Positions 27,370 through 40,890 of a stretch of 64,000 bases of DNA are shown piece after piece; position 1 is the stretch's first letter, and each line of letters opens with the position of its first letter. The stretch lies in contig OX597840.1 of NCBI GenBank assembly GCA_951406725.2, positions 22,878,001-22,942,000 on the forward strand, read 5' to 3'. This DNA is from Octopus vulgaris (Eukaryota). A model generated the notes under the pieces. The model had not been told where the DNA came from. It saw nothing but the letters and a program-made list of their open reading frames with translations, and ran no database searches. Position numbers and translations under genes: made by a program.

Positions 27370-28533
27370 AAGACTCAGAAAGAAGTGTGCAAATCCTTCC
27401 TGTCTTTCCTAAAGGGAGCTGGGCTGATGAAGTGCACGCATGCCTTAAGTCATCCATGTTGTGGCCCCAGGTTAAGACCTTAAGCATAATCACAAACATG
27501 TATGCGCACTTACTTGGTGATAGAATGTCTGCAGCATTTGTTGAAGAAATTTTAGCCCTTGGAGAAGACAAGGTCCCTAGGAATGATAGGGGCAACATAT
27601 CAGTCTATGAACTGTGCAACTCCGTGAACAACTCTTCCGGTCTTTTGGAAACAGTGTTCCCCAATCTGGAAAGTAATTATGCAGACATCAATTGGCTCGG
27701 TGAAAGAACCATCCTGGCCCCACAAAACGTAGGTGTCAGTGCTATCAATGACCAGCTCATATGACGAATTCCGGAATCAATTGACCGGACGTCTGACACC
27801 CAAGGCATTGTCATTTACCCTAACGAGTTTCTCAACTCATTGGAGCTAGCAGGGCTTCCACCTCACATTGTTAGGCTAAGGGTTGGATGCCCAATTAGGC
27901 TAATCAGAAACTTACTTCCGCCTAAACAGTGCAACAGGACCAACTTAGTAATCAAGTCCCTTACGCCCCACTTGACTGAGGCCACCATTGTTACAGGGTG
28001 CAGGAGGGGTGAAAATGTTTTCATTTCAAGGATGCAGCTTTATCCCCCCACGGTCAGACATGCCGGTCAAGTTCTGCAGATTGCAATGTCCGGTGAGACC
28101 ATGCTTCACCATGTCCATCAACAAATCCCAAGGCCAAACACCATCGATTTGGGGTTTTCCATTCAATGAGGATAAATAATTGATAAACTAATTCCTTATA
28201 GGATTTCTGCTAAAATTGGCTACACCCAATTTTCAACCATAACTTTTACCAATTTTGACATATTTTGCTCAAACTCGATACCAGCACTACTTAGGACTCA
28301 TGGGATCTTTGAATGCTTTAAGTTCTTAAAAAAAAAAAAAAAAAAACCATTAGTAGAAGTAATCGATAAACTGATTCCTTATGGTATTTCCCAATCAAAT
28401 TGCCTGCGATCCCACTTTCAGCAGATTTCGCACGAATGTGATGTCCTTGTCACTTATTTTGGTTTGAAATAAATCACTTCATCACTTAATGATCCGAATT
28501 TAATACCGAGCAACGCCGGGTTATACTGCTACT
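27370..28533 (+). mobile_element. Helitron 3' remnant (PIF1-like helicase fragments)
   Basis: WLGERTILAP, LPPHIVRLRVGCPIRLIRNL, QCPVRPCFTMSINKSQGQ; terminal CCGAGCAACGCCGGG hairpin followed by CTAC (degenerate CTAG). Confidence 0.85.
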
Positions 28534-28782
28534 CAAATATATATCAGTAAAGCCGTTGATATTTCAAGACAACAGTTAGTTCCCCTTGAACTTTCATCTG
28601 CATTTTGAGAAATTTGCTGCCTTTTGTTGAGAGAGTTCGACTTTTTGCTCATCGTTGTTTGTTGTTAATTGTTAATTGAACAGTGCCCGTTGTGTAACGG
28701 TAATTTTCGCCCTACGGGGCAGAAAATTCTCTGTTTAAAATTGTTATTACCTTCGAGGTAATTTTTGAAACATTTTTGAGAA

Positions 28783-30217
28783 ATGGATTTCGACTTGGCG
28801 TCGAAGAATGATTTTCCCGCGATGGGAACAAGTGAATTAGAGGACACTGAAGTAACAAAACAGTCTTTTTCGGCCGCGGTAGGCGGAACCACGATGGACG
28901 TTGAATTCAAGATCGAACAACTATTCGAATTTCGGAACTTTATAAAAATGGAAGGAAACGAAATCAAACTTGTACCGCCGCAAGCGAAGGTACAGGAAAT
29001 AAAGGAAAAGACAGTTATATACAAAGTGTATAGCTACAAAGAAAAAAAAATCATGGACGTCAGAAACGAGATAGTCGAAAAGTGCTTGTCCCCGGTGTGG
29101 GACAAAATTCGCCATGTCGTTCGAGGTGCTCGCAGCGCTACCGTTGAAGCTCATTTTGACTCGGCTGAGGTAGCAAGAGAGGTGTCATCAATGACCCTGA
29201 AAAATGATGATATCATGTTGCTACCCTCGTATATGGGAAAAAGAACAGCTAAACTGCTGGTAGAGGACATACCGAGAGGGTATGACATAATGTGGGTAGC
29301 AGCGGCGGTCCTGCACAATGTAGAGCGGGAAGTTTCGATTCTGCAGATGAGAAGGAAAGAGGAGGTACGCTGGAAGGGACAGACGCTGGAATTCCTCGTT
29401 CAGGCAGAAAACAAGATATTGGAGAACCTGCCCAATAGGATATTTAACGAAGATGGAACGTCCATGAGAGTGTCAGTGGAGGGACGCAGACCTACGTGCT
29501 TTAAATGTGGCGAGAAGGGTCACGTCCGCTTGAACTGCTTAAAAAAAAAGAAAACCAACGAAGCCCCTCCTCAAAGTGCTTCAAACACTGAAGGGGAGAA
29601 GGCGGAAAAAGAAAACAAGACGACGACAAGCAAAGAAACAGAAATGGAGGATTGTATCGTACAAATGGATTACACACAGGTGACACACAAAAGAAAAAAA
29701 GATAACACCCTGGACTCCCCTCCCCAAACAAGGAAAAAATCAGCAAGCACCGCAGACATACATACAAAGCAAATTCCCCAGCCCTACCCCCACGGCACTG
29801 TATTCATTGGAAAACAGTTCGCCAAGCCCCTCCCCATAAAACAAGATGTGAAAAAGTCTTTAAAAAAATGATAAGATCATTGCTTTTGATGAAAAAAACG
29901 AAAGGGTATATAAATACTATAAATTTTCAAAATTTAAACTATTTAGCAAGGCTACAGACATAAAAGCAACCACTCGCTTCGCAAAAATAAAGGAAGACGA
30001 GTGGAAGGAGGAAATACTACAAGAACATCTAAAGAATAGACTGATAAGAGACGTAACAAAGGAAGTACTGGAGGGTAAACTTGTTATAACCCCGGCAACC
30101 ACACCTACCCAGAGCCCGGTGGCAACGCCGGTTAAGAGCCCTGCAGCTACGACCACAAGGGAGGAAGAAGGGGAAGCGGGCAGATTTAAACTGTCATGCT
30201 CCCTTTCTCAACCGTAA
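28783..30217 (+). pseudogene. LINE A1 ORF1 (gag-like, zinc knuckle), frameshifted at an A-run near 29865
   Basis: CFKCGEKGHVRLNC knuckle; comparison with copy A2 shows the reading frame originally continued to ..SLSQP*. Confidence 0.85.
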
Positions 30218-30243
30218 GTTCATTTATTTTTCTTTCACCGACA

Positions 30244-33200
30244 ATGGCTAAGCTGGGTTGTGTGAATGTACGTGGAATGGGGATGAAATGGAAACAAATT
30301 TGTTTCCTGAACGACCTCACGACACATGGAGTGGACATAGCTATTGCAACCGAGTCCAAGATGAACGAGGCCCAAGCGTTCTCGCCTCTTCTAAATGGGT
30401 TCGAGAAATTTATTTCTCCTAGCCGAGGAAGAGGCAGAGGCGTGGCAGTCCTTATCAGGAAGAGCTTGGACTTGCAGGTAAGTACTGTCTTTCTGGACCC
30501 AGAAGGCAGGCTGGTTGTTCTGGATGTGACCCACGTAAGTAAACAGTCCTTCAGGTTGGTAGCTGTCTTCGCTCCGAACGAGGGTAGACAGACGGGTTTT
30601 TTCGGAACCTGGAGCCCTTTTTAGCGACGTCGAAAACGGTAATCCTAGTAGGGGACTTTAACACTGTCCTTGAAGCGCGGGTCGACAGTGTTGGCTCAAC
30701 CAATAGGAAGGGGAACCCTAGCCTCAAGGGTCTACTAGAGAGCTTTGATCTAGTGGACCGTTACCGACTGGATGAGCCGAGCGTTCCACAGTGGACGTGG
30801 AGTAACAACGACGGCTCACACAGATCGTATTTAGATAGGATATTTATTAAGAAAAGAGATAAGGATACGTTTAGTTGTCCACAGTTTCACATTGTGCCTT
30901 ACACGGATCACAAATTTGTGACGTGTAGGATGCAATTAGATAAGTGTCATAGACAGGGACCCGGGTACTGGAAGCTGAACAAGGCTATTTTGAATTGTGA
31001 AGACTTCCGTACCCGGATTAAGGTGTTAGTACAGAGGGCATTGTGTGGCACCATCATTAACAATAGATGGTGGCACTCCCTCAAAAGAGCCATTCGTTCA
31101 GAGTCCATTAGATTTAGCAATCAGCTAAGGTTACATAGGTCTAGGATAGAGGACGATTTAATTAAGAATCTAAACGAGGCAATGGAAGCTGGCTCTGCAT
31201 CCGGAGTGATGGCGGCAAGGACGGTATTGTACCGTCACCTTAACTCCAAACACGAAGGTTGCAGAGTCAGAGCTAAGCTACGCACTGGGAAACGAGAAGG
31301 TATTAACGTTGCCGGATGGGCCCGTCGAGTGGAGAGTCAGAGAGGTAACAAAGCCTCAATCAAGTCTTTAACTGACGAACAGGGACAAAAGATCTATGGA
31401 CAGGAGGAGATGCAAAAGTTTCTTCACCAGCATTTCGCCCGCGTGTTCGGGGGTGGTGTGGCGCCGGAGCGGGGAGGACCTTAAAGGACTTCCTGGCCGG
31501 CGGGCCGCGGCTCTCGGGGCGTGAGGTGGAGTGCTGTGAAGAAGCGATCACTCCCGCGGAGATAGAGGGGATACTGGCCGGATGCGCCGGGGAGAAGTCG
31601 CCGGGGTTGGATGGTCTGCCCTACGAGTTTTACCAAAGTATGCCGGACTTGTTCGGGGGAATATTGGCAGGCGTCTACACGAACTGGCAGCAGAATGGGA
31701 GAATTCCCAGTTCTGTAAGCCGGGGAGTGGTGACGCTAATCCAGAAAGACCCGAGCAAGGGGGATAACATTAGTAACTACAGGCCCATAACTCTACTTAA
31801 TGTAGAGTTAAAGATTTTGGCCAAGGTGTTGGCAAAAAGGTTGACGGTTGTCGTGGAGAAACTTGTAGGGAGAGCACAGACATGTGCAATTCCAGGCAGG
31901 TCGATCCAGGACAATCTTCACCTTATACGCTACACCTTAGATAGGGTGGGTAAATTAACCGGCAAGGGCGGGGTAATGGTCCATTTAGACCAAAGTAAAG
32001 CGTTCGATAGGGTAGACCATGAGTACCTGGCGACGGTCCTCGAAGCGGCTGGACTGGGCCCTGAATTTCGCGGGTGGATCTCCGCTATGTATAGCGGCAT
32101 CAAGTCCACCGTCCAGATAAACGGTTACCTAACGGAACCGTTTTCGATCGAATGTTCAGTTCGTCAAGGGTGCCCCTTGTCACCACTTTTGTACGTGTTG
32201 GCTCTTGAGCCATTGCTGCGAAAGTTGGAGAGGCTGGGAAGTAACTCGGATGAGATCGGAGGTGGGAGGACGGTTACTGCTTATGCGGATGACGTCACCC
32301 TCATCGTGTCCAATGAGGCCCAGCTACCTTGTGTGGAAGAGGCTATCAGAGGATACGAGGCGGTGGCAGGAGCAAAGGTTAACAAGGACAAGTCGGTTGG
32401 CTTGCGCCTCGGCACCTGGAGGAGCAAGTCGATATCGTCCAGTGTCGTGGGACACTGGACGGATGGCCCTGTTAAGTTGCTAGGAGTTTGGTTTGGGCCA
32501 GACTCCCAAACGGAGAGGAACTGGAGTGAGGTGACGAGCAAGGTGGAGGCCATAGTACGGACCTGGTCCGGAAGGTTTCTGTCCTTGAAAGGAAGGGTGG
32601 AGGTGGTACAGATGTTCATTGCATCTGTAATCACTTACCGCCTGACCGTTGTCCCTTGCCCCGATTCGTGGCTTAGCAAGTTGGAGCGAATCCTTTTCCG
32701 CTTTTTGTGGAAGGGAGGAAAGCCACTTGTGAGGCGCTCCGTTTGCTGCCAGGAACCGTTAAAGGGTGGGTTAGGAATGCCTTGGCTGATGATGCGCAGA
32801 CATGCGTTGAGGCTGAAGCATCTCTGGCACCACCTGGAGGGTGATAAGGTGTGGAGTCCGCTGGCAGGGTAATTTTTCCCGAGACTGGCCTCCTTAGTGA
32901 ATTTTAAACCCGGTCGCATCAAAAGATGGAAACTGACTTTATGGCAAAAGGAGTGCCGACAGGCACCCACGCTGATCCACAAGGCGGGCAAGGCCGGCTG
33001 CGGAAATACCACCTCGGTATTTTATAGAAGTCTGGTAGAGGCAAAGAACGACGACGTCCTAGGAGGGGCTCTGGGGTTTGACGAAGACCAGCTTACCAAC
33101 CTGTTTAAAAAGACTTTCAGGACGGGGTATTTGGATAATTTCCAAAGATCCCTGGCCTGGCAATGCTATAGGAATGCTTTACCTGTTCGCGAGAAGTTAT

Positions 33201-33631
33201 CGCGGCACGGAATTTCAGTGCCACCGACGTGTCCAAGGTGCGAGTTGGACGATGAAACCGTCCAGCACGCTTTTGTACACTGTCGGAAGTTGTCCGACTT
33301 GATAAGTTACGCAGAACACCTGTTATCGCATCTGGGACGAGTACAGCTGTCGGCTGAGTCTATGATTAAGATGATACCGCCAACTGGACTCTCGAAGGAA
33401 GGTGAGGCATGTTTTCACTGCACGGTTGCAGTAGTAAAAGAATGCATGTGGCGTACAAGAATGGAAGGAGTCGCGATAGGATCCTTTGTCTCGGGCCCCG
33501 GCTTGCTCACTTACTTCAGATATCATCTGAAGAGCAAAATGGGGCTGGAAAAGAGGATCTTACCACGGGGTGTGTATGAGAAAAGATGGAAGGAAGTGGA
33601 AAAAAAGGTGGGTGTCAGAAACCCAGCTTAA
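30244..33631 (+). pseudogene. LINE A1 ORF2 (APE endonuclease-reverse transcriptase) with two frameshifts and one stop
   Basis: NVRG, GDFN, YLDRIF, TDHK endonuclease motifs; PGLDG, YRPITLLN, DQSKAFD, QGCPLSP, YADD RT motifs; CPRC..ETVQHAFVHC; lesions near 30600, 31480 and 32870. Confidence 0.92.
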
Positions 33632-33887
33632 CTATGGAGGGAGGAGAGGAAACAAAAGCTGCGGGGCCTTATAAATTGCCGGGGTTTAAAACTTCGGTAA
33701 GATCGAAAGTTTATGAAATGTTATAATATTCTATTGGTCATGTAAAGGACAATTTACAGACGAATTTTTATAATGAATAATCCAAATGTTATGGAAAATT
33801 TTTAATCGAACCTCTTAACTGTTTTTTGCATGTATGTCCTGTATTTGTCCTTCTATGTAACGATTGTATAATCATAATAAAGAAATT

Positions 33888-35851
33888 GGAGTTAGTTCCC
33901 TTTGTTCATTGTCAAAACTCTTCCTCATTAAGTGTATTTCTTGTTCTTGTTTCTCACGCACCTTCATTGTTTGATCAGTTCCACTTGACAACTGATATTT
34001 AAGAGGAGAACCCAATCAAATATATACAAATGATTGGTAATTAACTGTCTAAACAAACAGATACAGCATTTACGATTATGTGGACGTGAAAAATATTAAT
34101 TAACGTTTGTTGTAGAAACCTAGAAATTCTCTTGAAGCTGTCGTTGTCCACTCTGACTCCAGTTCTCACATCTTCCTCCTTCACTCTTTCTCTCCATATC
34201 TATTACTATGTAAGTATTTATTTAAACATTTCTATTATATATGTGTCGTATTATGTACATTTATTTGTTTCGATGTGTTGAGAAAGTTAAAAGAAAAAAA
34301 TCTCACAAAGACGAAATTATACGAAAGGCTGTAATTTTAATACTTTCATTGTGTTGTCGTTTTCTTTTAGACATTTCATTGCACTTTTGGTTATTTTCTA
34401 AATTATTTGTAAAAACGTCGGATCAATCCCTTGTTTAGATAACATTTATCTTTCTTTCTGACGTGTAAATTCGACAATTTCGTTAAATATGGGAAAATTA
34501 CGATGTAATTAGTAAGAAATGGGGAATGTATAAAAATACGAGTGTGCACTTGAAATACTGAAACGAAAAGCAAATATCGTATCGAGAGGAAATGGCTTTT
34601 ATTTGAGACGTAGGAAGTCTTTATTTCTGGTGGTTCTTCTGAATCATTAAATGTTAGAATTAATATGTTTTTCTAATTTATTTAATTTTTGTGTGTGTGG
34701 AGTGCTGCTTTAAGCACCTAATATAATCCCTCGTCACATATTTTTATTTGGGGGAATTTTCAGAAATTTTTCCGTACGAGAAATCGTTCGGTCATGCAAC
34801 CAAAAAAAGAAAAAAATCAACTGCGATTTATGAGCTATTTAGCTGTTATTTTTCGCACATCTCACGACCAGTATGGTAATAATTCTCTGCTTAAGTTCCT
34901 CTGGGCTTGCAGGAAGAGGGGAGACATAGACTAGGCCCTCCCTGAGAAAGAAATGGCAAGGTGTCAGCTCAGGTGAACGTGGCGGCCATTTCAACAGCAC
35001 ATTGCCTTCTTCAAGACGCGCCAAACTCTTTGGAGGAATCTGGCTTTCATTCTCCACATCAACCAATAATTTTTCCTACATTAAAATTTCCCCACTAAGG
35101 ATTTTGATGCTGTAAGTGAGACATCAATATTATTTACTGACATTTATTCATCTTTTATGCTCACCAAAATATTAACGTTGAGCTAACCGCATATATATGT
35201 ATATATATATGTATTTGTATATATGGCTCCCATGCAGGTGGCATGTAAAAAGTACCATTCGAGCATGATTGATGCTAGTGATGCCTGACTTGCACCCATG
35301 CCGGTGGCACATACGAAGCTCCTTTCAAGCATGGTCGATGCCAATGCTACCTGACTGGCTCCGTGGCACATAAAAGGCAACCACTACACGCTCAAACAGC
35401 ATCCAGCTGTAGAAATCTTGCCTGATAAGATTGAAACCTTGTTCAGCCTCATGGCTTGCCAGTCCTCAGTCAAACCTCACAACCCATGCCAGTGTGAAAA
35501 GCAGATGTTAAACGATGATGATGAAGGTAGAGAAAGAGCGATGTCTGTTTTAGCAAACAAAGATACAAGACTGCAATGAAAACATCAGAAATCTAGTGTC
35601 ATTTATATGTATATTGGTGTGTGTGGAAGTGTGTCTATGACAGACTTTATATTCTAGGAGTTGGTATTATAATAGATGTGTCTACTCTATGATATAAACA
35701 TTTTGGTAATGCAGAAATGGGATAAATTTAATAGTTCAGATAAAGAATTACATCTAAAATTTTTGAAACAAGAAATGTCGTAAATTTGCACTTTTGAATA
35801 TCTGCCTTTTAAACATACTTGATATCTTGTATTATTTTCGTATTCTTTCAG
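33888..35851 (+). other. Putative spliced non-coding 5' leader of the 36319 ZNF gene (exons ~33890-34036, 34138-34209, 34371-~34505; last acceptor at 35851)
   Basis: Donors GTAATT and GTAAGT and acceptors CTCTTGAAG, TTTCTTTTAG, TTCTTTCAG, conserved at equivalent positions in the paralogous units. Confidence 0.55.
34868..35055 (-). mobile_element. Tc1/mariner transposase C-terminal fragment
   Basis: WPPRSPELTPCHFFL..EELKQRI motif. Confidence 0.72.
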
Positions 35852-36318
35852 AAAATCACATGAAATTGGCTAAAAAGTACTTTTTACTTTTAAAGAATCA
35901 TCAATATGTATCATGTTTGAAAGACTCTGCAAAGATATTCTACAAATGTATAATCCTGCTTCTAGAAAACATCGCTGAGTTACAGTAAAATATTTCCTCT
36001 GAGAGAGAAAGCATTTCTTTACTTCTGTGTTTGAAATGTGCAAGAGATAATTTTCTCTTTTAAATATACTTTGATAGATTTACAAAGAATATTTGCGGCA
36101 TTTTTAAATATTGGCATTGATCACATTTAGAAGAAATATATATTTCTTTATTAGTTTGGAATAAACTATAAAAACAAAAAGAAGAAAAATATCCATAAAT
36201 TTTGGTGAGAGAAGAAATATTATTAAAAAGTTGTTGATCTGTACAACTTGAAGGTTAGATTTTATTTGTTCTTGAAGAAATATCGGAGGAATACGGAACA
36301 TCATCATATGACTGTGGC

Positions 36319-38136
36319 ATGTACAAAATGTCATTTTTAGAAAAACGTAAATCCAGTAAACACCAAGAAATTCATGCAGGGGAAGCACCATATCACTGTG
36401 ATATCTGTGGTAAATCATTCTATCAAAGTGGTAACTTGACTAGACACAAGCGTATTCATACAGGGGAGAAACCATATACCTGTGATACCTGTGGTAAATC
36501 ATTCTCTAATGGCAGTCACTTAACTCGACACAAACGGGTTCATACAGGAGAGAAACCATATACCTGTGATATCTGTGGTAAATCATTCTCTAATGGCAGT
36601 CACTTAACTCGACACAAACGGGTTCATACAGGAGAGAAACCTTATCATTGTGATATCTGTGGTAAATCCTTCACTTCAGGAAGTACCTTGACAACTCACA
36701 AACACATTCATACAGGGGAGAAACCATATCACTGTTATATCTGTAGTAAATCTTTCTCTCAAAGCAGCAGCTTAACTAAGCACAATCGTATTCATACAGG
36801 CGAGAAACCATATCACTGTGATATCTGTGGTAAATCATTCTCTACTAGCAGTCACTTAACTAAACACACACGTATCCATACAGGAGAGAAACCATATCAC
36901 TGTGATATCTGTGGTAAATCATTCACTACTGGCTGTCACTTAACTAAACACACATGTATCCATACAGGAGAGAAACTATATTCTTGTGATATCTGTGGTA
37001 AATCATTCTCTGATGGCAACTTAACGAAACACAAACGTATTCATACAGGAGACAAACCATATACCTGTGATATCTGTGGTAAATCATTCTCTCAGAACAG
37101 TGTCTTAACTCAACACAAAAATATTCATACAGGGGAGAAACCATATTCTTGTGATATCTGTGGTAAATCATTCTCTGAGAACAGTAGCTTAGCTAAACAC
37201 AAACGTATTCATACAGGGGAGAAACCATATCACTGTGATATCTGTGGTAAATCATTCTCTGTTGGCGGTAGCTTAACGAAACACAAACGTATTCATACTG
37301 GAGAGAAACAATACCACTGTGATATCTGTGGTAAATCTTTCTCTGATGGAAGTAGCTTAACGAAGCACATACGTATCCATACAGGAGAGAAACCATATCA
37401 CTGTGATATCTGTGGTAAATCATTCTCTCATAGCGGTGGCTTCACTCAACACAAACGTATCCATACAGGAGAGAAACCATATACCTGTGATATCTGTGGT
37501 AAATCATTCTCTGATAGTAGTCACTTGACAGACCACAAACGTATTCATACAGGGGACAAACCATATTACTGTGATATCTGTGGTAAATCATTCTCTGTTG
37601 GCGGTAGCTTAACGAAACACAAACGTATTCATACTGGAGAGAAACCATATTGCTGTGATATCTGTGGTAAATCTTTCTCTGATGGAAGTAGCTTAACGAA
37701 GCACAAACGTATTCATTCAGGGGAGGAACCATATCACTGTGATATCTGTGGTAAATCATTCTCTGTTGACAGTCACTTAACTCGACATATACGTGTTCAT
37801 ACAGGCGAGAAACCATATCACTGTGATATCTGTGGTATATCATTTTCTCAAAACACTACCCTAACTACGCACATACGTATTCATACAGGGGAGAAACCAT
37901 ATGACTGTAGTATCTGTGGTAAATCATTCTCTGTTCAAAGTAGCTTAACGAAACACAAACGGGTTCATGGAGGGGACAAACCTTATCCCTGTGGTAAATC
38001 ACTCTCTGCTGGCAATAGCTTAACTCGGCACAAACGTATTCATACAGGGGAGAAACCTTATCACTGTGATATCTGTGGTAAATCTTTCTCTCAACACAGT
38101 AGCTTAACTAAACACAAGCGTATTCATACGGGGTAG
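36319..38136 (+). CDS. Tandem C2H2 zinc-finger protein, ~21 fingers
   Basis: 605-aa ORF of C2H2 repeats; same derived N-terminus (MSFLEKRK) as 17385; ends HTG-TAG. Confidence 0.92.
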   Translation: MYKMSFLEKRKSSKHQEIHAGEAPYHCDICGKSFYQSGNLTRHKRIHTGEKPYTCDTCGKSFSNGSHLTRHKRVHTGEKPYTCDICGKSFSNGSHLTRHKRVHTGEKPYHCDICGKSFTSGSTLTTHKHIHTGEKPYHCYICSKSFSQSSSLTKHNRIHTGEKPYHCDICGKSFSTSSHLTKHTRIHTGEKPYHCDICGKSFTTGCHLTKHTCIHTGEKLYSCDICGKSFSDGNLTKHKRIHTGDKPYTCDICGKSFSQNSVLTQHKNIHTGEKPYSCDICGKSFSENSSLAKHKRIHTGEKPYHCDICGKSFSVGGSLTKHKRIHTGEKQYHCDICGKSFSDGSSLTKHIRIHTGEKPYHCDICGKSFSHSGGFTQHKRIHTGEKPYTCDICGKSFSDSSHLTDHKRIHTGDKPYYCDICGKSFSVGGSLTKHKRIHTGEKPYCCDICGKSFSDGSSLTKHKRIHSGEEPYHCDICGKSFSVDSHLTRHIRVHTGEKPYHCDICGISFSQNTTLTTHIRIHTGEKPYDCSICGKSFSVQSSLTKHKRVHGGDKPYPCGKSLSAGNSLTRHKRIHTGEKPYHCDICGKSFSQHSSLTKHKRIHTG

Positions 38137-40021
38137 GAACCATAACCTTGTAATATCTCTGGTAAACCTTTCTCTAGGAACAGTGGCTTATCTCAACACA
38201 AACGTATTCATACAGGGTGGAAACCATATACCTGTGATAACTGTGGTAAGACATTCTCTGGAAACAGTCACTTAACTATCCACAAATGCATTCACACTCA
38301 AGAAAAATCAATTCACAGTGGTATCTGTGGCAAATCATTTACACAAAATCATTTCTGATTTAAAGAGAAGTCTTTCCTTATGAAGTGGGTCCATAACACA
38401 GTGATATTTGTTGTATAACATTTCTTCAGAAGGACAAAGGACGTATCTCATAAAGACATCCACAGAATATAGAAACTATATGAATGTGACATCTATAGTA
38501 AATCTTTGACATGAAATCATCCATTTTTTAATCAAAAGAGCATTGACAGAGGAAGGAAAACATCACTGTGATGTTAAACCTCAATCATTCTTTCAAAATG
38601 GTGAATTGTTTGTACAGTCCTATTAATATGACAGATATAACTGTAACCTAAGCTATTTGTGCTAAATCAATCTATGAAAATGATCAATTATTGAAATGTA
38701 AATGCATTGATACAGTAGAGGAACCACGATGATGATGATCCTCATCATTTAATATTCTCCTATTCATGCTTCTGTGGATCAGATGGAATTCATTGATGGA
38801 GATTTTCTACATCTGGGTACCTTTCTCATGACCAATCCTCACCTGTTTCCAAGCAAGGAAATATTTTACGCAGAGGACTGGAAGTGAACAACTGCACAAG
38901 TATGACGGTCATGATGGCCCTTTACGAACATCACATAATATCTGGACAAGGGTACATACACAGACACATACACACACACATGTTTGTTCAAAGAGTTTCT
39001 TAAAGGAAATCTTTTACATTTTTTCTCTACATGTAAATGTTTGTAATTCCTATTAGTAAATGAAACACATGTAATGCTGAATAAATAATATCAAACTCTT
39101 CTCCATTGTCCTTATGTGTTTTTTTCTTAGGTAAAAAAAAATGTCTTCCACCTCACCCCACCCCGTCTTTTGGACCCATAAAAGGGTTTTGTAGCATATC
39201 ATGAGGTCAGGGTAGTTGATTCCACGCAAAAATCTAACATTTTGATTTTTTTCTTAGTGAAAATCATGCGGGAGTTAATATAGAAATTTACCATAATGTT
39301 ATTTAGCCTCAAATCAAACCTGATACAGCAAACGTATCATCAAAGACATTCCAGCCTTCAGCAAACTGTCTTTTGAGGGATAATCTAGGACATTACGTAC
39401 AATGGGCATATGATTTAGATAGGGGTATACTTTGGCTGCAATTTTTAGCATATCGAGCGACCAGGCAGAGGCTCTCTCATTGGTTCGATTGCGTGATGAG
39501 ATTTTTTAACACATATAGGACCTATTTGGTTTGAACGGCAGTTTTTTTAACATAATTTCTAGGTAACTAAAAAATTTTCAACTTTGTATACTGGTAGAAT
39601 GTGTTTATAAAACATCTTTCCCTCTTGGCTCTATTGAGAAAATTCTATGGTTTGTAAGATATTTGTTGTTTTTTCTGGAATTTCAACCAATCAATGACGT
39701 CCATTGAGGTAAGAAAATAATTCCTGTGCCGTATGAATATGTCCCTCGTTTAAGAAACAGATTGGGTTTATTTACATTTGTGAAGAAAAAAAGATTATCC
39801 TTCCCCCCAACCCTAACCCTAAAACAGATTGAAATGCAATAGATCGATACTAGGGTCATAATTATGGGTGACAATTTCATATGACACCGCTAGAGTAGAA
39901 ATACAATGCATGTGTATTGCTTGCTCAATTCCACTTTACAACTGATATTTAAGAGAAAATCTAATTAAATAGACACATGATTGGTAATTAAGTGTCTAAA
40001 GAAACAGATGCAGCATTTTTT

Positions 40022-40890
40022 GGTAAAATTACAGATTATCACCCCCACGATTTTCACTAAGAAAAAAAAAAAAAAACTCGGATTTTTTGCGTGGAATCAA
40101 ATACCCTGACCTCCTAATATGCTGCAAATCCCATATTTTGGTCCGGAATTCCTCCGGAAAGGGGGGGGGTAACAATACCCCCCCCCCGGAATTTTCACAA
40201 GGAAAAAAAAAATCAGATTTCTAGCGTGGAATCAAGTACCCTGACCTCCTAATATGCTGCAAATCCCATATTTTGGTCCGGAAAGGGGGGGGTAACACCC
40301 CCCTCTGGAATTTTCACAAGAAAAAAAAAAATCAGATTTTTTGCGTGGAATCAAGTACCCTGACCTCCTAATATGCTGCAAATCCCATATTTTGGTCCGG
40401 AATTGCTCCGGAAATTTTACTATTTTCTAGAAATGTTTCTTTTCTAAATTATTGATATGTTATTTTTTTTTCCTTGTGAAAATTCCGGGGGAGGGGGTTA
40501 CCCCCCCTTTCCGGAGCAATTCCGGACCAAAATATGGGATTTGCAGCATATTAGGAGGTCAGGGTACTTGATTCCACGCAAAAAATCTGATTTTTTTTTT
40601 TTCTTGTGAAAATTCCAGCGGGGGGTGTTACCCCCCTTTCCGGACCAAAATATGGGATTTGCAGCATATTAGGAGGTCAGGGTACTTGATTCCACGCTAG
40701 AAATCTGATTTTTTTTTTTTCCTTGTGAAAATTCCGGGGGTGGTGGTAATACCCCCCCCCCCTTTCCGGACCAAAATATGGAATTTGCAGCATATTAGGA
40801 GGTCAGGGTATTTGATTCCACGCAAAAAATCCGAGTTTTTTTTTTTTTTTCTTAGTGAAAATCGTGGGGGTGATAATCTGTAATTTTACC
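40022..40890. mobile_element. Foldback (near-palindromic) Merlin-like non-autonomous element
   Basis: Termini GGTAAAATTACAG...CTGTAATTTTACC; ~400-bp inverted arms each made of three ~120-bp subrepeats; 8-bp TSD CATTTTTT; empty site at ~15017. Confidence 0.88.

Larger units (their letters stand above)
28589..33887 (+). mobile_element. Tx1/L1-clade non-LTR retrotransposon, near full length, inactivated (copy A1)
   Basis: ORF1 with CCHC knuckle, ORF2 with APE endonuclease + RT + C-terminal Cys/His motif, 3' end AATAAAGAAAT, flanked on both sides by AGTTAGTTCCC(C/T)TTG. Confidence 0.93.

Noticed and set aside
28589-33887. LTR retrotransposon or retron interpretation of the gag-like ORF plus RT
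   Set aside because: An APE endonuclease precedes the RT, and there are no LTRs, protease or integrase; the architecture is non-LTR Tx1/L1.
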